Below, piece after piece: positions 19,104 to 29,981 of a stretch of 64,000 nt of DNA. Position numbers and translations under genes: made by a program. The notes beneath the pieces were generated by a model, which had not been told where the DNA came from, searched no databases, and worked only from the letters and a program-made list of their open reading frames with translations. Every line of letters starts with the position of its first letter. The first letter of the stretch is position 1. The DNA is from a virus, in the IMG/VR virus record IMGVR_UViG_3300025120_000025, positions 38,948 through 102,947 of that record; one strand, given 5' to 3'.

Positions 19104-19391
19104 ATGAAAAATACTAAGATAGAATACAAGTTCAACGAAAAGAACTTAATAGAAGAATTCCAAACATACATTGATGCGACCTATAACAAGGGTCACTATT
19201 CAAAAGACAAGTTTCAAGCAACCGAGTTCATCATCGATGGTGGACACGGCACAGGTTTTTGTATCGGCAATGTGCTAAAGTATGCACAACGATATGGCAA
19301 AAAGGGTTCTGCTAGTGATGCCCGAAAAGATTTATTAAAAGTCTTACACTATGCAATTATACAACTGCACATACATGATGAGGATTTATAA
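19104..19391 (+). CDS. DUF3310-like phage protein
   Basis: GFCIGNVLKYAQRYGKKG, DLLKVLHY. Confidence 0.75.
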   Translation: MKNTKIEYKFNEKNLIEEFQTYIDATYNKGHYSKDKFQATEFIIDGGHGTGFCIGNVLKYAQRYGKKGSASDARKDLLKVLHYAIIQLHIHDEDL

Positions 19392-20056
19392 TGAAAATCA
19401 GTAAAAACACTTTTGAGGTTTTGAAAAACTTCAGCGAGATTAATGAGAACCTGCTCATCAAACCAGGTAACACTTTAGAGACTATTTCAGTGATGAAAAA
19501 TGTTCTAGCAACTGCGAAAGTCGAAGAGACTTTTGATAAAGAGTTTGCTATCTATGATTTGAATTCCTTTCTAAGTGTTCTATCACTTTACGAAGCACCA
19601 GACGTTAATTTGTTTGATGACTACTTAACTGTGTCACAAGGCAAAGCAGTTTCTAAGTTCTGGTATGCTGATCCTAGTTTAGTAGTATCACCGACTAAAG
19701 GCATCACTATGCCAAGTAGTGAAGTAAAAGTCCGTATCACTCAATCAACATATTCAGATTTATTGAAAGCATCTAATATCATGCAACTATCTGATATCGG
19801 TTTGATTAGTGATGGTGATACTATTAATCTTATTGCAACTGATAAGAAGAACCAAACTTCAAATCAGTTCAATGTTGAAGTAGCAGAAGGCACTGGTAGT
19901 AAGTTCTCTATGTACTTCAAGCGTGATAATCTGAGAATGATTCCAGGTGAGTATGACTTGATTGTATCAAGTAAGAATATTTCACATTGGGTCAATGCTA
20001 ACAAGAACTTGCAGTATTGGATTGCTCTAGAGGTCGATAGCACATTTGAAGGTTAA
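19391..20056 (+). CDS. gp45: Sliding clamp
   Basis: LKNFSEIN, FAIYDL, YWIALE. Confidence 0.95.
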   Translation: MKISKNTFEVLKNFSEINENLLIKPGNTLETISVMKNVLATAKVEETFDKEFAIYDLNSFLSVLSLYEAPDVNLFDDYLTVSQGKAVSKFWYADPSLVVSPTKGITMPSSEVKVRITQSTYSDLLKASNIMQLSDIGLISDGDTINLIATDKKNQTSNQFNVEVAEGTGSKFSMYFKRDNLRMIPGEYDLIVSSKNISHWVNANKNLQYWIALEVDSTFEG

Positions 20057-20070
20057 CACAAAGGATTATT

Positions 20071-21018
20071 ATGGATATTAAAAGTGATGAATTTCTGTGG
20101 GTGGAGAAGTATAGACCACAGACTATACAAGATGCTATCTTACCGAAGCATCTAGAAAATACGTTTCTCCAGTTTGTTGAGAATGGCGAGATTCCTAATC
20201 TATTGCTATGTGGGTCTGCAGGTGTCGGTAAGACAACTGTAGCAAAGGCATTATGTGAGCAAATGGGTTATGATTGGATCATTCTTAACGGTTCAAGTGA
20301 GGGTGATATCGATACCTTACGAACTAAGATTGTCAACTTTGCTAGTACTGTATCCTTCAGTGGCAAGGGAAAGGTAGTCATATATGATGAAGCAGATTAT
20401 TTGACTGCGGTGACGCAACCAGCATTGCGTAACTTCATTGAAGAGTTCAGTAAGAATTGTCGTTTCATCTTCACTTGTAACTATAAAAACAAAATCATTC
20501 CTGCATTGCATAGTAGATGTTCAGTAATTGAGTTTAGTACTCCGAAAGAAGAAAAACAAAAAATTGCTGGTTCATTTTTCAAGCGTGTTCAAGATATTCT
20601 TACTCAAGAGAATGTTCAATTCGAGAATGAGATTGTTGCTAGTATAGTTTCAAAATTCTTTCCTGACTTCCGCCGTACACTCAACGAACTTCAGAAGATT
20701 TCGATTGGTGGTCGCATTGATGCAGAAGCGGCGGGTAATTCAGGCGATGTAGAAGTAAAAACTGTAATTGGTTATTGTAAGACTAAAGACTTCTCTAGTA
20801 TGCGTAAATGGGTCGCTGATACTATTCACACCTCTGGTGCTGATGATATCTATCGCAAAGTATATGACACTATGAGTGAGCATTTACAACCTGCAAGTAT
20901 TCCTGCTTGTGTTCTTAAAATAGCAGATTATCAGTATAAGAATGTTCATGTAGCAGACCAAGAAGTAAATATGGTCGCATTCTTTACGGAAGTGATGGTT
21001 GATTGTGAGTTTGCGTAA
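20071..21018 (+). CDS. gp44: Clamp loader large subunit
   Basis: WVEKYRP, GVGKTT, DEAD, SRC. Confidence 0.97.
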   Translation: MDIKSDEFLWVEKYRPQTIQDAILPKHLENTFLQFVENGEIPNLLLCGSAGVGKTTVAKALCEQMGYDWIILNGSSEGDIDTLRTKIVNFASTVSFSGKGKVVIYDEADYLTAVTQPALRNFIEEFSKNCRFIFTCNYKNKIIPALHSRCSVIEFSTPKEEKQKIAGSFFKRVQDILTQENVQFENEIVASIVSKFFPDFRRTLNELQKISIGGRIDAEAAGNSGDVEVKTVIGYCKTKDFSSMRKWVADTIHTSGADDIYRKVYDTMSEHLQPASIPACVLKIADYQYKNVHVADQEVNMVAFFTEVMVDCEFA

Positions 21019-21710
21019 TGATTATACCTTACTTACATCACGAACTTTTTGCACTTAGCAATCAGATATCAACTAGTGTAGAGAACATTGACGGCATTGG
21101 TCCAGTAGTTATCATTGATAACTTCTATGCATATCCTGATGATATTCAGTCTATGTTACATAGTGCATGGGTACCTAGTTATCACTTGAATGCTAAGTCA
21201 CGCAACTTCAAAGATTACTATGATTGTAGACATAACATTCAAGTGACGCCTACAGAGCATTCTACAGAGCATGAAAGTCAAATGCTCATCAGAGATGTAG
21301 CGAAACACAAGTTAAATGTCGAATGTGTAGATAAAGAATATGATTATGCATTCAACTACTTCAAGTGGATGTCTGAAGATGTTCCTGGTCAAAATATTCA
21401 ATCTTATCCTCATCAAGATAGTCTTAATCATATTGCCTCTGTTATCTATATGAATGACAGTGAGAAGCATGGTACTGCATTTTATTATAATGTACATACA
21501 GACCAAGATGAAGTTATTGATATACGAGTAGATGTTGACCAGAATGCAGACTTAGCAACAGTTATTCCTGCTAGAAAGAATAGATGCATTGTCTATCCTA
21601 GTTGGTATGTGCATGGAGCATATATACAAGACCACAGTGAGTGGGTAGATAACTGGAGAATATCTCAAGTTTATTTTATGAAGTGTCTGAATAGAGGACC
21701 AAAGCGATGA
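21018..21710 (+). CDS. 2OG-Fe(II) oxygenase-like protein between gp44 and gp62
   Basis: IIDNFY, PHQD, GTAFY, NR...Y...H, R. Confidence 0.78.
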   Translation: MIIPYLHHELFALSNQISTSVENIDGIGPVVIIDNFYAYPDDIQSMLHSAWVPSYHLNAKSRNFKDYYDCRHNIQVTPTEHSTEHESQMLIRDVAKHKLNVECVDKEYDYAFNYFKWMSEDVPGQNIQSYPHQDSLNHIASVIYMNDSEKHGTAFYYNVHTDQDEVIDIRVDVDQNADLATVIPARKNRCIVYPSWYVHGAYIQDHSEWVDNWRISQVYFMKCLNRGPKR

Positions 21711-22087
21711 CACCATTTGATTATATTAAAGCAATCAACTACACAAAAGAACAAATGATAGTTGATGACATAACAGAAAAAGACTACAATCCCTTTATCG
21801 TCAATCGTGGTTTAAGTATGGGTATTGATACTGTACTTCAAGCAAACGAGATGAATATGCGACATGGTCTGCCGAAGCGTTTACAATTTGACTTTTTACT
21901 AAATAGTATTAGTAAGCGAAAGCGATTTGATAAATGGCAAAAAGCAGATAAGAGTGAAGACTTAGAATATGTCAAAGCATACTACAACTACTCATATCCC
22001 AAAGCGATTGCCGCTCTTCAAGTTCTTTCACCTACTCAACTAAATCAGATTAAGAAAAAGATTAGTAATAAAGGTGGAGTAAAATGA
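21707..22087 (+). CDS. gp62: Clamp loader small subunit
   Basis: YNPFIVNRGLS, ANEMN, KRKRF.KW. Confidence 0.95.
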   Translation: MTPFDYIKAINYTKEQMIVDDITEKDYNPFIVNRGLSMGIDTVLQANEMNMRHGLPKRLQFDFLLNSISKRKRFDKWQKADKSEDLEYVKAYYNYSYPKAIAALQVLSPTQLNQIKKKISNKGGVK

Positions 22088-22491
22088 ATGAATGGACAGT
22101 TGAAAATATGGTCGAGGTACAACTATCTCAACCTGATGATTTTCTAAAAATTAGAGAAACGCTATCTCGCATAGGGATTGCATCAAAGAAAGATAAGAAA
22201 TTATATCAGTCTTGTCATATTCTACATAAGCAAGGGCGATACTTCATCGTTCACTTTAAAGAATTATTCGGACTAGATGGTAAGCAGACTAACTTTTCAG
22301 AAGAAGACCAAAGTCGTAGAAATACGATTGTGAAGTTGCTCAACGATTGGGGACTTGTAAAAGTTTTATCTGAAGAAAAGATTGTCACACAGGCACCATT
22401 GTCACAAATTAAAGTTATTGCGTTCAAAGAAAAGAGCGAATGGATTTTAGAAACTAAATATAACATCGGTAAGAAAAAGCAAGAAGCATAG
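22084..22491 (+). CDS. regA: Translational repressor RegA
   Basis: DDFLKIRETL.RIG, LYQSCHILHKQG.Y.IVHFKE. Confidence 0.97.
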   Translation: MNEWTVENMVEVQLSQPDDFLKIRETLSRIGIASKKDKKLYQSCHILHKQGRYFIVHFKELFGLDGKQTNFSEEDQSRRNTIVKLLNDWGLVKVLSEEKIVTQAPLSQIKVIAFKEKSEWILETKYNIGKKKQEA

Positions 22492-22508
22492 TATTACCGA
22501 CATTGAGA

Positions 22509-22570
22509 CTTGTATTATGATAAAAATTGACTATATAATATGTAGCACGATGCCTATGGTAGGGTCGTGT
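22509..22570 (+). promoter_or_regulatory. RpoH-like promoter and leader hairpin of hsp20
   Basis: CTTGTA-N15-ACTATAT followed by gcacgatgcc..gggtcgtgt hairpin. Confidence 0.5.
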
Positions 22571-22605
22571 TTTATAAATCAGTCTTGCTTAACAAGGAGG
22601 CAATT

Positions 22606-23061
22606 ATGACTAACCTTACACAATTAAGGTCGGCGCTTAGTGCGTTTGACCATAATCTTCTAACACCATATGCAGTAGGATTCGACCGCACCTTTGATAG
22701 GTTGTGGGACTACGCACAACATCAAGCACAATCTACAGGTTTTCCGCCTTACAATATTGTAAAGGATAAAGAGAACTCTTACAAGTATCATATCAGTATG
22801 GCACTTGCAGGTTTTTCGAAGAAGGACGTTGATGTTCAATTCGAAGATGGATGTCTGACTATCAAATCTGTAAAGCATGATAAAGAAGAAGAGAACGACC
22901 ATCTATGGAAAGGAATTTCTAATAGACAGTTTACTCGTAAATTTACACTTGCTGATGAAGTAGTGGTGAATGGTGCAGAACTTAAAGACGGTATGTTAAA
23001 TATCGAACTTGAACGTATTGTACCAGAAGAGAAGAAACCTAGAACTATTGAAGTTAAATAG
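22606..23061 (+). CDS. hsp20: Small heat shock protein (IbpA-like)
   Basis: FPPYNI, ALAGF, GIS.RQF.RKF.L, DGML.I.L; AAGGAGG RBS. Confidence 0.95.
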   Translation: MTNLTQLRSALSAFDHNLLTPYAVGFDRTFDRLWDYAQHQAQSTGFPPYNIVKDKENSYKYHISMALAGFSKKDVDVQFEDGCLTIKSVKHDKEEENDHLWKGISNRQFTRKFTLADEVVVNGAELKDGMLNIELERIVPEEKKPRTIEVK

Positions 23062-23116
23062 TATCTACTTCCTGAGCATGAAGATAAACTGCTCACTTTA
23101 TAATTAGGAGTATATA

Positions 23117-23341
23117 ATGGCGACAAAAAAAGCGACACCAGTGACAGATAAGTTACAAGCAATGAATGTTCCAATCATTCGTATTAACGACAAAATCACA
23201 CAACTTGAAAATGAATTGCGTGAAAGACAAACAATGTTACAACAGTATCGAAAAGCAATCACACAACTAGAAGCAGAAGCAAATGCTATTCTAGGATCGA
23301 TACAAACTTGTAAAGAATTGACAGAGGTACCAAATGAGTAA
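23117..23341 (+). CDS. Coiled-coil hypothetical protein
   Basis: AGGAG RBS, heptad pattern. Confidence 0.65.
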   Translation: MATKKATPVTDKLQAMNVPIIRINDKITQLENELRERQTMLQQYRKAITQLEAEANAILGSIQTCKELTEVPNE

Positions 23342-23633
23342 TGTAGTAGTGATTAAGATGATGAACGGTGAAGAGATTATCACTAAAGTTCACAAAGAAG
23401 ATGATGAAACAATCCAGTGTGAAAAACCTGCTATCATTATGTTATCCCCAAATCAAAATGGCAAAGGTGTTCAAGTCCAAATGGGTCCGTATTCAGCATT
23501 CACAGATAAACCGATTGCAGTAAACAAAACAAGTATCATGTATGTTGCTGAACCAAACACAGAAATCTTAAATAGTTATAACAAGAACTTTGGAAGTGGA
23601 CTTATAGTTCCAAATCAAACTATTCTTGGTTAA
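23334..23633 (+). CDS. Sm-like hypothetical protein upstream of gp43
   Basis: KMMNGEEII, YNKNFGSGLIVP. Confidence 0.75.
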   Translation: MSNVVVIKMMNGEEIITKVHKEDDETIQCEKPAIIMLSPNQNGKGVQVQMGPYSAFTDKPIAVNKTSIMYVAEPNTEILNSYNKNFGSGLIVPNQTILG

Positions 23634-23654
23634 CACTATTACCGCACATAGGGG

Positions 23655-23683
23655 TTGACTTTATGTGTGTTTTGTTATATAAT
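23655..23683 (+). promoter_or_regulatory. Sigma70-like promoter for gp43
   Basis: TTGACT-N17-TATAAT. Confidence 0.7.
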
Positions 23684-23709
23684 GAGTTTTTATTATTGAG
23701 GTACATCTA

Positions 23710-26244
23710 TTGAAATTTTATACTAATGTTCAACAATGGGGCAACAACTTACTTGTAAGAGGTGTCAACGATGATGGTCAACGTGTCATGCAAAGATACA
23801 AAGACTTCTCGCCTACATTGTTTCTAAAGTCACAGAAACCTACGCAGTTCAAAACTATTGAGGGTGACTATGTAGAAGATTTCAAACCTGGTTCTATTAA
23901 AGAAGCACGACAGTTTCTTGAAGATTACAAAGATGTATCAAACTTCAAAGTATATGGTCAAACTCAATTTCTCTATCAATGGATTTCAGACAACTTCTAT
24001 GAGCAAGAAGAGATTGCTTTCGATACAAAACAAATATCTGTAATCTCTCTAGATATTGAGACTGAAACAGAGTATGGTTTCCCAAACATTCAGACTGCCA
24101 ATGAAGGCATTCTGCTTATCACAATTCAAGACAATCTAACAAAGAAGTTGATTACATGGGGTACGAGAGAGTATCACGGTAAGAACACTGAAGTCGAGTA
24201 TCGATATTTCGATAGCGAAGCAAAGATGCTGAAAGACTTTATTGCCTGGTTGAATGAATTCAAACCTGATGTTATCACTGGTTGGAATACTCGCTTCTTT
24301 GATATTCCGTATGTTGTCAATCGTGTCGAGAGAGTACTAGGCGAAGAACAAGTTCGTTATATCTCGCCTTGGAAGATTGTCAAAAGCGGTAAGATGACTG
24401 TCAGAGGTCAAGAGCAACAGTACTATGATATCTTTGGTATCGCTGGTATTGACTATCTTGAATTGTTTCGTAAGTATCGTGGTATTGGTTATGAAAGTTT
24501 TGCACTTGCACATATTGCAAATGTAGAACTCGGTTCTGAGAAATTAGACCACTCTGAGTATCAGAACTTCAAAGACTTCTATACTCAAGATTGGACTAAG
24601 TTTGTAGACTATAACATTCGTGACGTTGAATTAGTATCTCAACTTGAAGATAAACTTGGTCTGATTGAATTACAAATGACGATGGCGTATGACTTTCGTG
24701 TGAACTATGAAGATGTATTCTCTCAAGTTCGATGTTGGGATATGCTGATTTACAATTATCTAAGACGAAGAGGCGTTGTAATTCCTCCTAAGTCTTTTCA
24801 TAATAAAGACACTGCTTACGCTGGTGCTTATGTAAAAGACCCTATTGTGGGTCAACATGATTGGGTTATGTCATTCGATTTGAATTCACTATATCCACAC
24901 TTGATTATGCAATACAACATATCTCCTGACACTATTACTAATGAAAGACTAGATGTTAATGTTGATGACTTGTTAGATAAGCAGTTTGACAACTCAGTAT
25001 TGAAGCAAAAGAATTTATCAATGGCGGCGAATGGTCAATGTTTTCGTGCAGATGTGCAAGGGTTTCTTCCTAAGATGATGGAAGAGATTTACGAGACTAG
25101 AACATTCTATAAGAAGAAAATGCTTGAAGCAGAACAAGAGTATCAAATTACAAAGAAACCTGAACTGAAAAACTTTATCTCTCGCTACAATAATATTCAG
25201 ATGGCGAAGAAGATTGCACTAAACTCTGCTTATGGTGCTTTAGGTAATCAGTACTTCAGATACTTTGATATTCGACAAGCAGAAGGTATCACACTATCTG
25301 GTCAACTTTCTATTCGTTGGATTGAAAAAGCACTGAACAAATATTTCAGAAAGTTATTGAAAGATGATGAAGAAAGTAACTACATTATTGCAAGTGATAC
25401 GGATTCAGTATACATTAATCTTAGTAAACTTGTACACAAGGTGTTTAACGATGGAGTCCCATTCACGAAAAGTCAACGTAGTGAACTCACTCCCAAGGTG
25501 GTTAAATTTCTTGATAGAGTGGGTTCTGAGAAAATTGAACCGTTTATCGATAGTTGTTATCAAGACCTTGCTACATATATGAATGCTTATGCACAAAAGA
25601 TGTTTATGAAGCGTGAAGTAATCGCTGACCGTGGCATCTGGACTGCAAAGAAAAGATATGTTCTCAACGTACACAACTCTGAAGGTGTACAGTATGCAGA
25701 ACCTAAACTCAAGATTATGGGTTTAGAAGTTGTCAAGTCAAGTACTCCTGCACCAGTTCGTGTATTTCTAAGAGAAGCAATCTCTGTGATTGTGAATGGT
25801 TCTAATGATGACTTGATTGAGTTTGTAGATAAGACTAGAGAAGAATTCTTTACACTACCACCAGAAGAAATTGCATTTCCTCGTTCGGTGAATGGTATTA
25901 AGAAGTATGCGTCTGAACTGAAAGTTTATACAAAAGGCACACCGATGCACGTCCGTGGCGCACTGATGTTTAATCAGACAGTAAAAGACAAAAAGATATC
26001 TAAGAGATATCCTCAAATCAAAGATGGCGAGAAGATAAAATTCGTTCACTTAAAAATGCCTAACCCTATAGGTGAGAACATTGTTTCCTTCTTGTCAGAT
26101 TTACCAACAGAGTTTGATTTGCATAGATACATCGATTACGATATGCAATTCACAAAATCCTTCCTAGACCCTTTGAGTTTTATCTCACAGAGTATAGGTT
26201 GGCAGTTAGAGAAAGTCGCAACATTAGAAGACTTTTTCGGATAG
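23710..26244 (+). CDS. gp43: Family B DNA polymerase
   Basis: DIET, FDLNSLYP, KIALNSAYG, DTDS, C-terminal LEDFF clamp motif; TTG start after GAGG. Confidence 0.98.
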   Translation: MKFYTNVQQWGNNLLVRGVNDDGQRVMQRYKDFSPTLFLKSQKPTQFKTIEGDYVEDFKPGSIKEARQFLEDYKDVSNFKVYGQTQFLYQWISDNFYEQEEIAFDTKQISVISLDIETETEYGFPNIQTANEGILLITIQDNLTKKLITWGTREYHGKNTEVEYRYFDSEAKMLKDFIAWLNEFKPDVITGWNTRFFDIPYVVNRVERVLGEEQVRYISPWKIVKSGKMTVRGQEQQYYDIFGIAGIDYLELFRKYRGIGYESFALAHIANVELGSEKLDHSEYQNFKDFYTQDWTKFVDYNIRDVELVSQLEDKLGLIELQMTMAYDFRVNYEDVFSQVRCWDMLIYNYLRRRGVVIPPKSFHNKDTAYAGAYVKDPIVGQHDWVMSFDLNSLYPHLIMQYNISPDTITNERLDVNVDDLLDKQFDNSVLKQKNLSMAANGQCFRADVQGFLPKMMEEIYETRTFYKKKMLEAEQEYQITKKPELKNFISRYNNIQMAKKIALNSAYGALGNQYFRYFDIRQAEGITLSGQLSIRWIEKALNKYFRKLLKDDEESNYIIASDTDSVYINLSKLVHKVFNDGVPFTKSQRSELTPKVVKFLDRVGSEKIEPFIDSCYQDLATYMNAYAQKMFMKREVIADRGIWTAKKRYVLNVHNSEGVQYAEPKLKIMGLEVVKSSTPAPVRVFLREAISVIVNGSNDDLIEFVDKTREEFFTLPPEEIAFPRSVNGIKKYASELKVYTKGTPMHVRGALMFNQTVKDKKISKRYPQIKDGEKIKFVHLKMPNPIGENIVSFLSDLPTEFDLHRYIDYDMQFTKSFLDPLSFISQSIGWQLEKVATLEDFFG

Positions 26245-26254
26245 GAGAAAAACA

Positions 26255-26518
26255 ATGACTACTTTAGATAGGTCTATAGTCATAGACAACCACTTAGTTG
26301 ATGCACTAAGAAAACACGCAGAAGGTCAAATTGCTAAACATAAAGCAAATGTTTTAGTTTATATGAACCGAACTGTAGGAATCGGTGAGCATTCAGATAT
26401 CATCGAAACACTAGAAAAAGAACTAGAACATATGGCGAAATATCACGACCAACTAGACATGATTTCAAAATATATTGATCCAGTACTTTCACCATATCAA
26501 GACAAACATCTACCTTGA
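26255..26518 (+). CDS. Hypothetical protein
   Basis: GIGEHSDI motif; AGGAG RBS. Confidence 0.75.
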   Translation: MTTLDRSIVIDNHLVDALRKHAEGQIAKHKANVLVYMNRTVGIGEHSDIIETLEKELEHMAKYHDQLDMISKYIDPVLSPYQDKHLP

Positions 26519-26543
26519 CAATTGTAGGTGTTTATGATATATT
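26515..26543 (+). promoter_or_regulatory. Sigma70-like promoter for uvsX
   Basis: TTGACA-N17-TATATT. Confidence 0.6.
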
Positions 26544-26568
26544 ATGTATAACAAATGAGGTATAGTAA

Positions 26569-27591
26569 ATGAATGACTTTTTAAAAGAAATAGTCAAAGA
26601 AAGTAAGAATGAGTATGCAGGCATTGTCGATGATGGTGTCGAAGCAGGTGACGTACAAGGTTACATTGATACTGGTTCGTATGCTTTCAATGCACTATTG
26701 AGTGGTAGTATCTATGGTGGTCTACCATCAAATAAAATTACTGCTATTGCTGGTGAATCCAGCACCGGAAAAACATTCTTTGCTCTCGGTTTGGTAAAGC
26801 ATTTTCTAGATAGCAATCCTGATGCAGGCGTTGTTTATTTTGAAACAGAAAGTGCTTTAACAAAAGATATGATTGATGAACGTGGTATTGATACTAAACG
26901 TATTGTAATGATGCCAGTAACTACTATCCAAGAGTTTCGTACTCAAAGTATCAAAATTCTCGACAAGTATATTGAGCAATCAGATGCAGAGCGTAAACCT
27001 CTGTTGTTTGTTCTTGATAGTCTTGGTATGTTGTCTACAACAAAAGAGATTGAAGATACTGCAGATGGTAAAGAGACTAGAGACATGACTAGGGCGCAAC
27101 TTACTAAGGCGGCATTCAGAGTATTGACGTTGAAGTTAGGTAAAGCAAAAGTTCCTATGATTGTGACTAATCACACTTATGACCAAATGGGTACTATGTT
27201 CCCACAGAAAGTAATGGGTGGTGGTTCTGGTCTTCAGTATGCCGCTTCATCAATCGTATTCTTATCGAAGAGAAAAGATAAAGACGGCACAGAAGTAGTA
27301 GGTAATATTATTCACTGTAAACTAAACAAGTCTCGACTAACTAAAGAGAACTCTATGATTGATGTATCTTTACGTTATAAGGGCGGTCTGAATAGATACT
27401 ATGGTCTTATCGAACTTGCTGAAGAAGCAGGTATCTTTAAGAAAGTAGCAACTCGTATTGAAGTTGCTGATGGTTCTAAGAGATATGGTAAAGAGATTTT
27501 GCACTCTCCTGAAGTATATTTTACTGAAGAAGTAATGCAGAAGATTGATGCATATGCAAAGGAGAAGTTTAGTTATGGCGGTGAAATATAG
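26569..27591 (+). CDS. uvsX: RecA-like recombinase UvsX
   Basis: [24 protein letters not shown]. Confidence 0.97.
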   Translation: MNDFLKEIVKESKNEYAGIVDDGVEAGDVQGYIDTGSYAFNALLSGSIYGGLPSNKITAIAGESSTGKTFFALGLVKHFLDSNPDAGVVYFETESALTKDMIDERGIDTKRIVMMPVTTIQEFRTQSIKILDKYIEQSDAERKPLLFVLDSLGMLSTTKEIEDTADGKETRDMTRAQLTKAAFRVLTLKLGKAKVPMIVTNHTYDQMGTMFPQKVMGGGSGLQYAASSIVFLSKRKDKDGTEVVGNIIHCKLNKSRLTKENSMIDVSLRYKGGLNRYYGLIELAEEAGIFKKVATRIEVADGSKRYGKEILHSPEVYFTEEVMQKIDAYAKEKFSYGGEI

Positions 27592-27856
27592 TTACGCTAC
27601 TAAAGACAGAGTATTAGCAACTAAACTACTTGAAGGTAAATACGAAGGTATCATCTATCAAGTAGGTCGTATTCAGTTCGGCGAACCAGATGATACTGGT
27701 CAAAGAGCAATGCGTTTCAAGTATGAGATACTAGAAAACAAAGAAGATATCACTATTGAGAATGACTTTTTATCAGTTGTTGGTGATATTATAGTTGAAC
27801 AGATTGAAGAGAAAATAGAGAAAGGCGAAATGATATATGCAAACGGCACGGATTGA
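27575..27856 (+). CDS. Probable head vertex assembly chaperone (gp40-like)
   Basis: Position between uvsX and gp41; [11 protein letters not shown]. Confidence 0.55.
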   Translation: MAVKYSYATKDRVLATKLLEGKYEGIIYQVGRIQFGEPDDTGQRAMRFKYEILENKEDITIENDFLSVVGDIIVEQIEEKIEKGEMIYANGTD

Positions 27857-29264
27857 GAGAACAATTTTATCTAACTTACTAACGAATGAAGATTTTGTTC
27901 GTAAAGTTATGCCGTTTCTACGTCCTGAGTATTTTCACGATACTTCTGAGAAACTTTTATATACTAGTATTGCATCTTCAGTAGCAAAGTATAATAAACT
28001 TCCTAGCACTGAACAGATTGTGATTGATATGAATACTCAACATAATATACCTGAACCTGAATTCAAGTCTGCAGTAGATATACTAAACACACTTGATACT
28101 CAAAATACTGATAACGAATGGTTGACAGATGCAACTGAAAAGTTCTGTCAAGATAAAGCAATCTACAATGCCATTGCAGAGGGTATTCAGATAATTGAAG
28201 GTAAAGATAAGAAAAGAACACCTGATGCTTTACCTTCTATATTATCTGATGCTCTTTCAGTGTCATTCGATCCTAATGTTGGTCACGATTATTTTGAACA
28301 ATCAAATGATAGATACGATTTCTATCACACTAAAGAAGATAAGATACCTTTCAATCTAAAGTATCTTGATTTAATTACAAAAGGCGGTCTACCTAGAAAG
28401 ACATTGAATGTAGCACTTGCAGGCACAGGCGTTGGTAAATCATTATTCATGTGCCATCTTGCCGCAAACTATATGATGCATGGTAAGAACGTCTTATACA
28501 TCACTATGGAAATGGCAGAAGAAAGAATTGCTGAACGTATTGATGCTAATCTAATGAACATGGACATACAAACTCTAGAAGAATTACCTAAGTCTATGTT
28601 CGATAAAAAATTATCGCAACTCCAAAGAGAGACCCATGGCAAGTTGATAGTCAAAGAGTATCCGACTGCAACTGCACACAAGGGTCACTTTGATGCACTA
28701 TTGAATGAACTGTTATTGAAGAAGAGTTTCAAACCTGATGCTATCTTTATTGACTATCTAAACATCTGTGCATCACAAAGATTTAAAGCAGGCAGTTCTC
28801 ATAACTCCTACACTATTATTAAATCCATTGCAGAAGAATTGAGAGGTCTTGCCGTTGAGCATAATGTACCTATCATCTCTGCTACTCAAACTACGAGACA
28901 AGGTTTCTCAAGTACTGATATTGGTCTTGAAGATACCTCTGAAAGTTTCGGTCTACCAGCAACGTGTGACTTTATGTTTGCACTTATATCGAATGAAGAA
29001 CTAGAACAACATAATCAAATTCTAGTGAAGCAGTTAAAAAATCGATATAATGATCCTACGAAGTATAAGAGATTTGTACTTGGTATTGATAGAGCAAAGA
29101 TGCAGTTGTACGATGTAGAGGATTCTGCACAAGAAGACTTAGTAGAGAATATGAAACAGAAAGCACCAGAGAAAGTCGAAGTAGTAGAACAACATGGATT
29201 TGATAAACTCAAGGAGAACCGCAATGAGAAAAAGTACAAAGACTTCTCGTCATTCAAGATTTAG
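27837..29264 (+). CDS. gp41: Replicative DnaB-like helicase
   Basis: AGTGVGKS, IDYL, SESFGLP, KNRY. Confidence 0.97.
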   Translation: MQTARIERTILSNLLTNEDFVRKVMPFLRPEYFHDTSEKLLYTSIASSVAKYNKLPSTEQIVIDMNTQHNIPEPEFKSAVDILNTLDTQNTDNEWLTDATEKFCQDKAIYNAIAEGIQIIEGKDKKRTPDALPSILSDALSVSFDPNVGHDYFEQSNDRYDFYHTKEDKIPFNLKYLDLITKGGLPRKTLNVALAGTGVGKSLFMCHLAANYMMHGKNVLYITMEMAEERIAERIDANLMNMDIQTLEELPKSMFDKKLSQLQRETHGKLIVKEYPTATAHKGHFDALLNELLLKKSFKPDAIFIDYLNICASQRFKAGSSHNSYTIIKSIAEELRGLAVEHNVPIISATQTTRQGFSSTDIGLEDTSESFGLPATCDFMFALISNEELEQHNQILVKQLKNRYNDPTKYKRFVLGIDRAKMQLYDVEDSAQEDLVENMKQKAPEKVEVVEQHGFDKLKENRNEKKYKDFSSFKI

Positions 29265-29451
29265 TCTTGTATTTGACGGAACAGTAAATATTTGGACTGC
29301 ATACGATAAGAAGTTCAAAGATACTATCTATTTACAAAGCGACAAACATAAGTCTGCAGAGACCCTAGAACGATTAAATAGTGGGTGTGGGTTTGGAGAC
29401 TGGCAAATACCTAAATTCTTTCTTGGGTACGAAGTTCCTCATTTCGAATAA
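29194..29451 (+). CDS. Hypothetical protein
   Basis: LNSGCGFGDW.IP.F; exact start uncertain. Confidence 0.5.
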   Translation: MDLINSRRTAMRKSTKTSRHSRFSLVFDGTVNIWTAYDKKFKDTIYLQSDKHKSAETLERLNSGCGFGDWQIPKFFLGYEVPHFE

Positions 29452-29496
29452 TTCATAAATACTTCTAAGAAGACTACTTTTTTTATTAAAAAGTGC

Positions 29497-29525
29497 TTGA
29501 CAGGTGTGGTAAACTTTGCTATACT
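29497..29525 (+). promoter_or_regulatory. Early promoter
   Basis: TTGACA-N17-TATACT. Confidence 0.75.
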
Positions 29526-29552
29526 GTAAGCATGATTAGAGAAGAGGTTGAA

Positions 29553-29981
29553 ATGCATATAGTAGAAGTCGTAGGAGGCAACAAAACTCAGCGTAAAATC
29601 GCAGAGAATGTTGTCTTTTATATGATAAAAAAATTGATGCCTCGATTGCGTAATATCGAAATAGAAGTTCAACTGAAAAAGATGAACGAAGATACCGCAG
29701 TGGGTTATTGTATGATGCAAGACAATCGAAGAGAGTATGAGATAGAAGTATCAAAAGATTTATCTATCAAAGATTTTGTAATGACATTGTGCCATGAGAT
29801 GGTACACGTTAAACAGTATGTCCGTAATGAAATGGACGATTGGAATGGTCTAGCAGTTGCACGTTGGAAAAACAAAACTGTTATGCCTGGTACGAATTAT
29901 TACGAACTTCCGTGGGAGAAAGAAGCATATGAATTACAAGCATCTCTTGCGAAAGATTGTTGGAAGAACGATATATTCTAA
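29553..29981 (+). CDS. Zincin (SprT-like) metallopeptidase
   Basis: LCHEMVHVKQY, PWEKEAY. Confidence 0.8.
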   Translation: MHIVEVVGGNKTQRKIAENVVFYMIKKLMPRLRNIEIEVQLKKMNEDTAVGYCMMQDNRREYEIEVSKDLSIKDFVMTLCHEMVHVKQYVRNEMDDWNGLAVARWKNKTVMPGTNYYELPWEKEAYELQASLAKDCWKNDIF

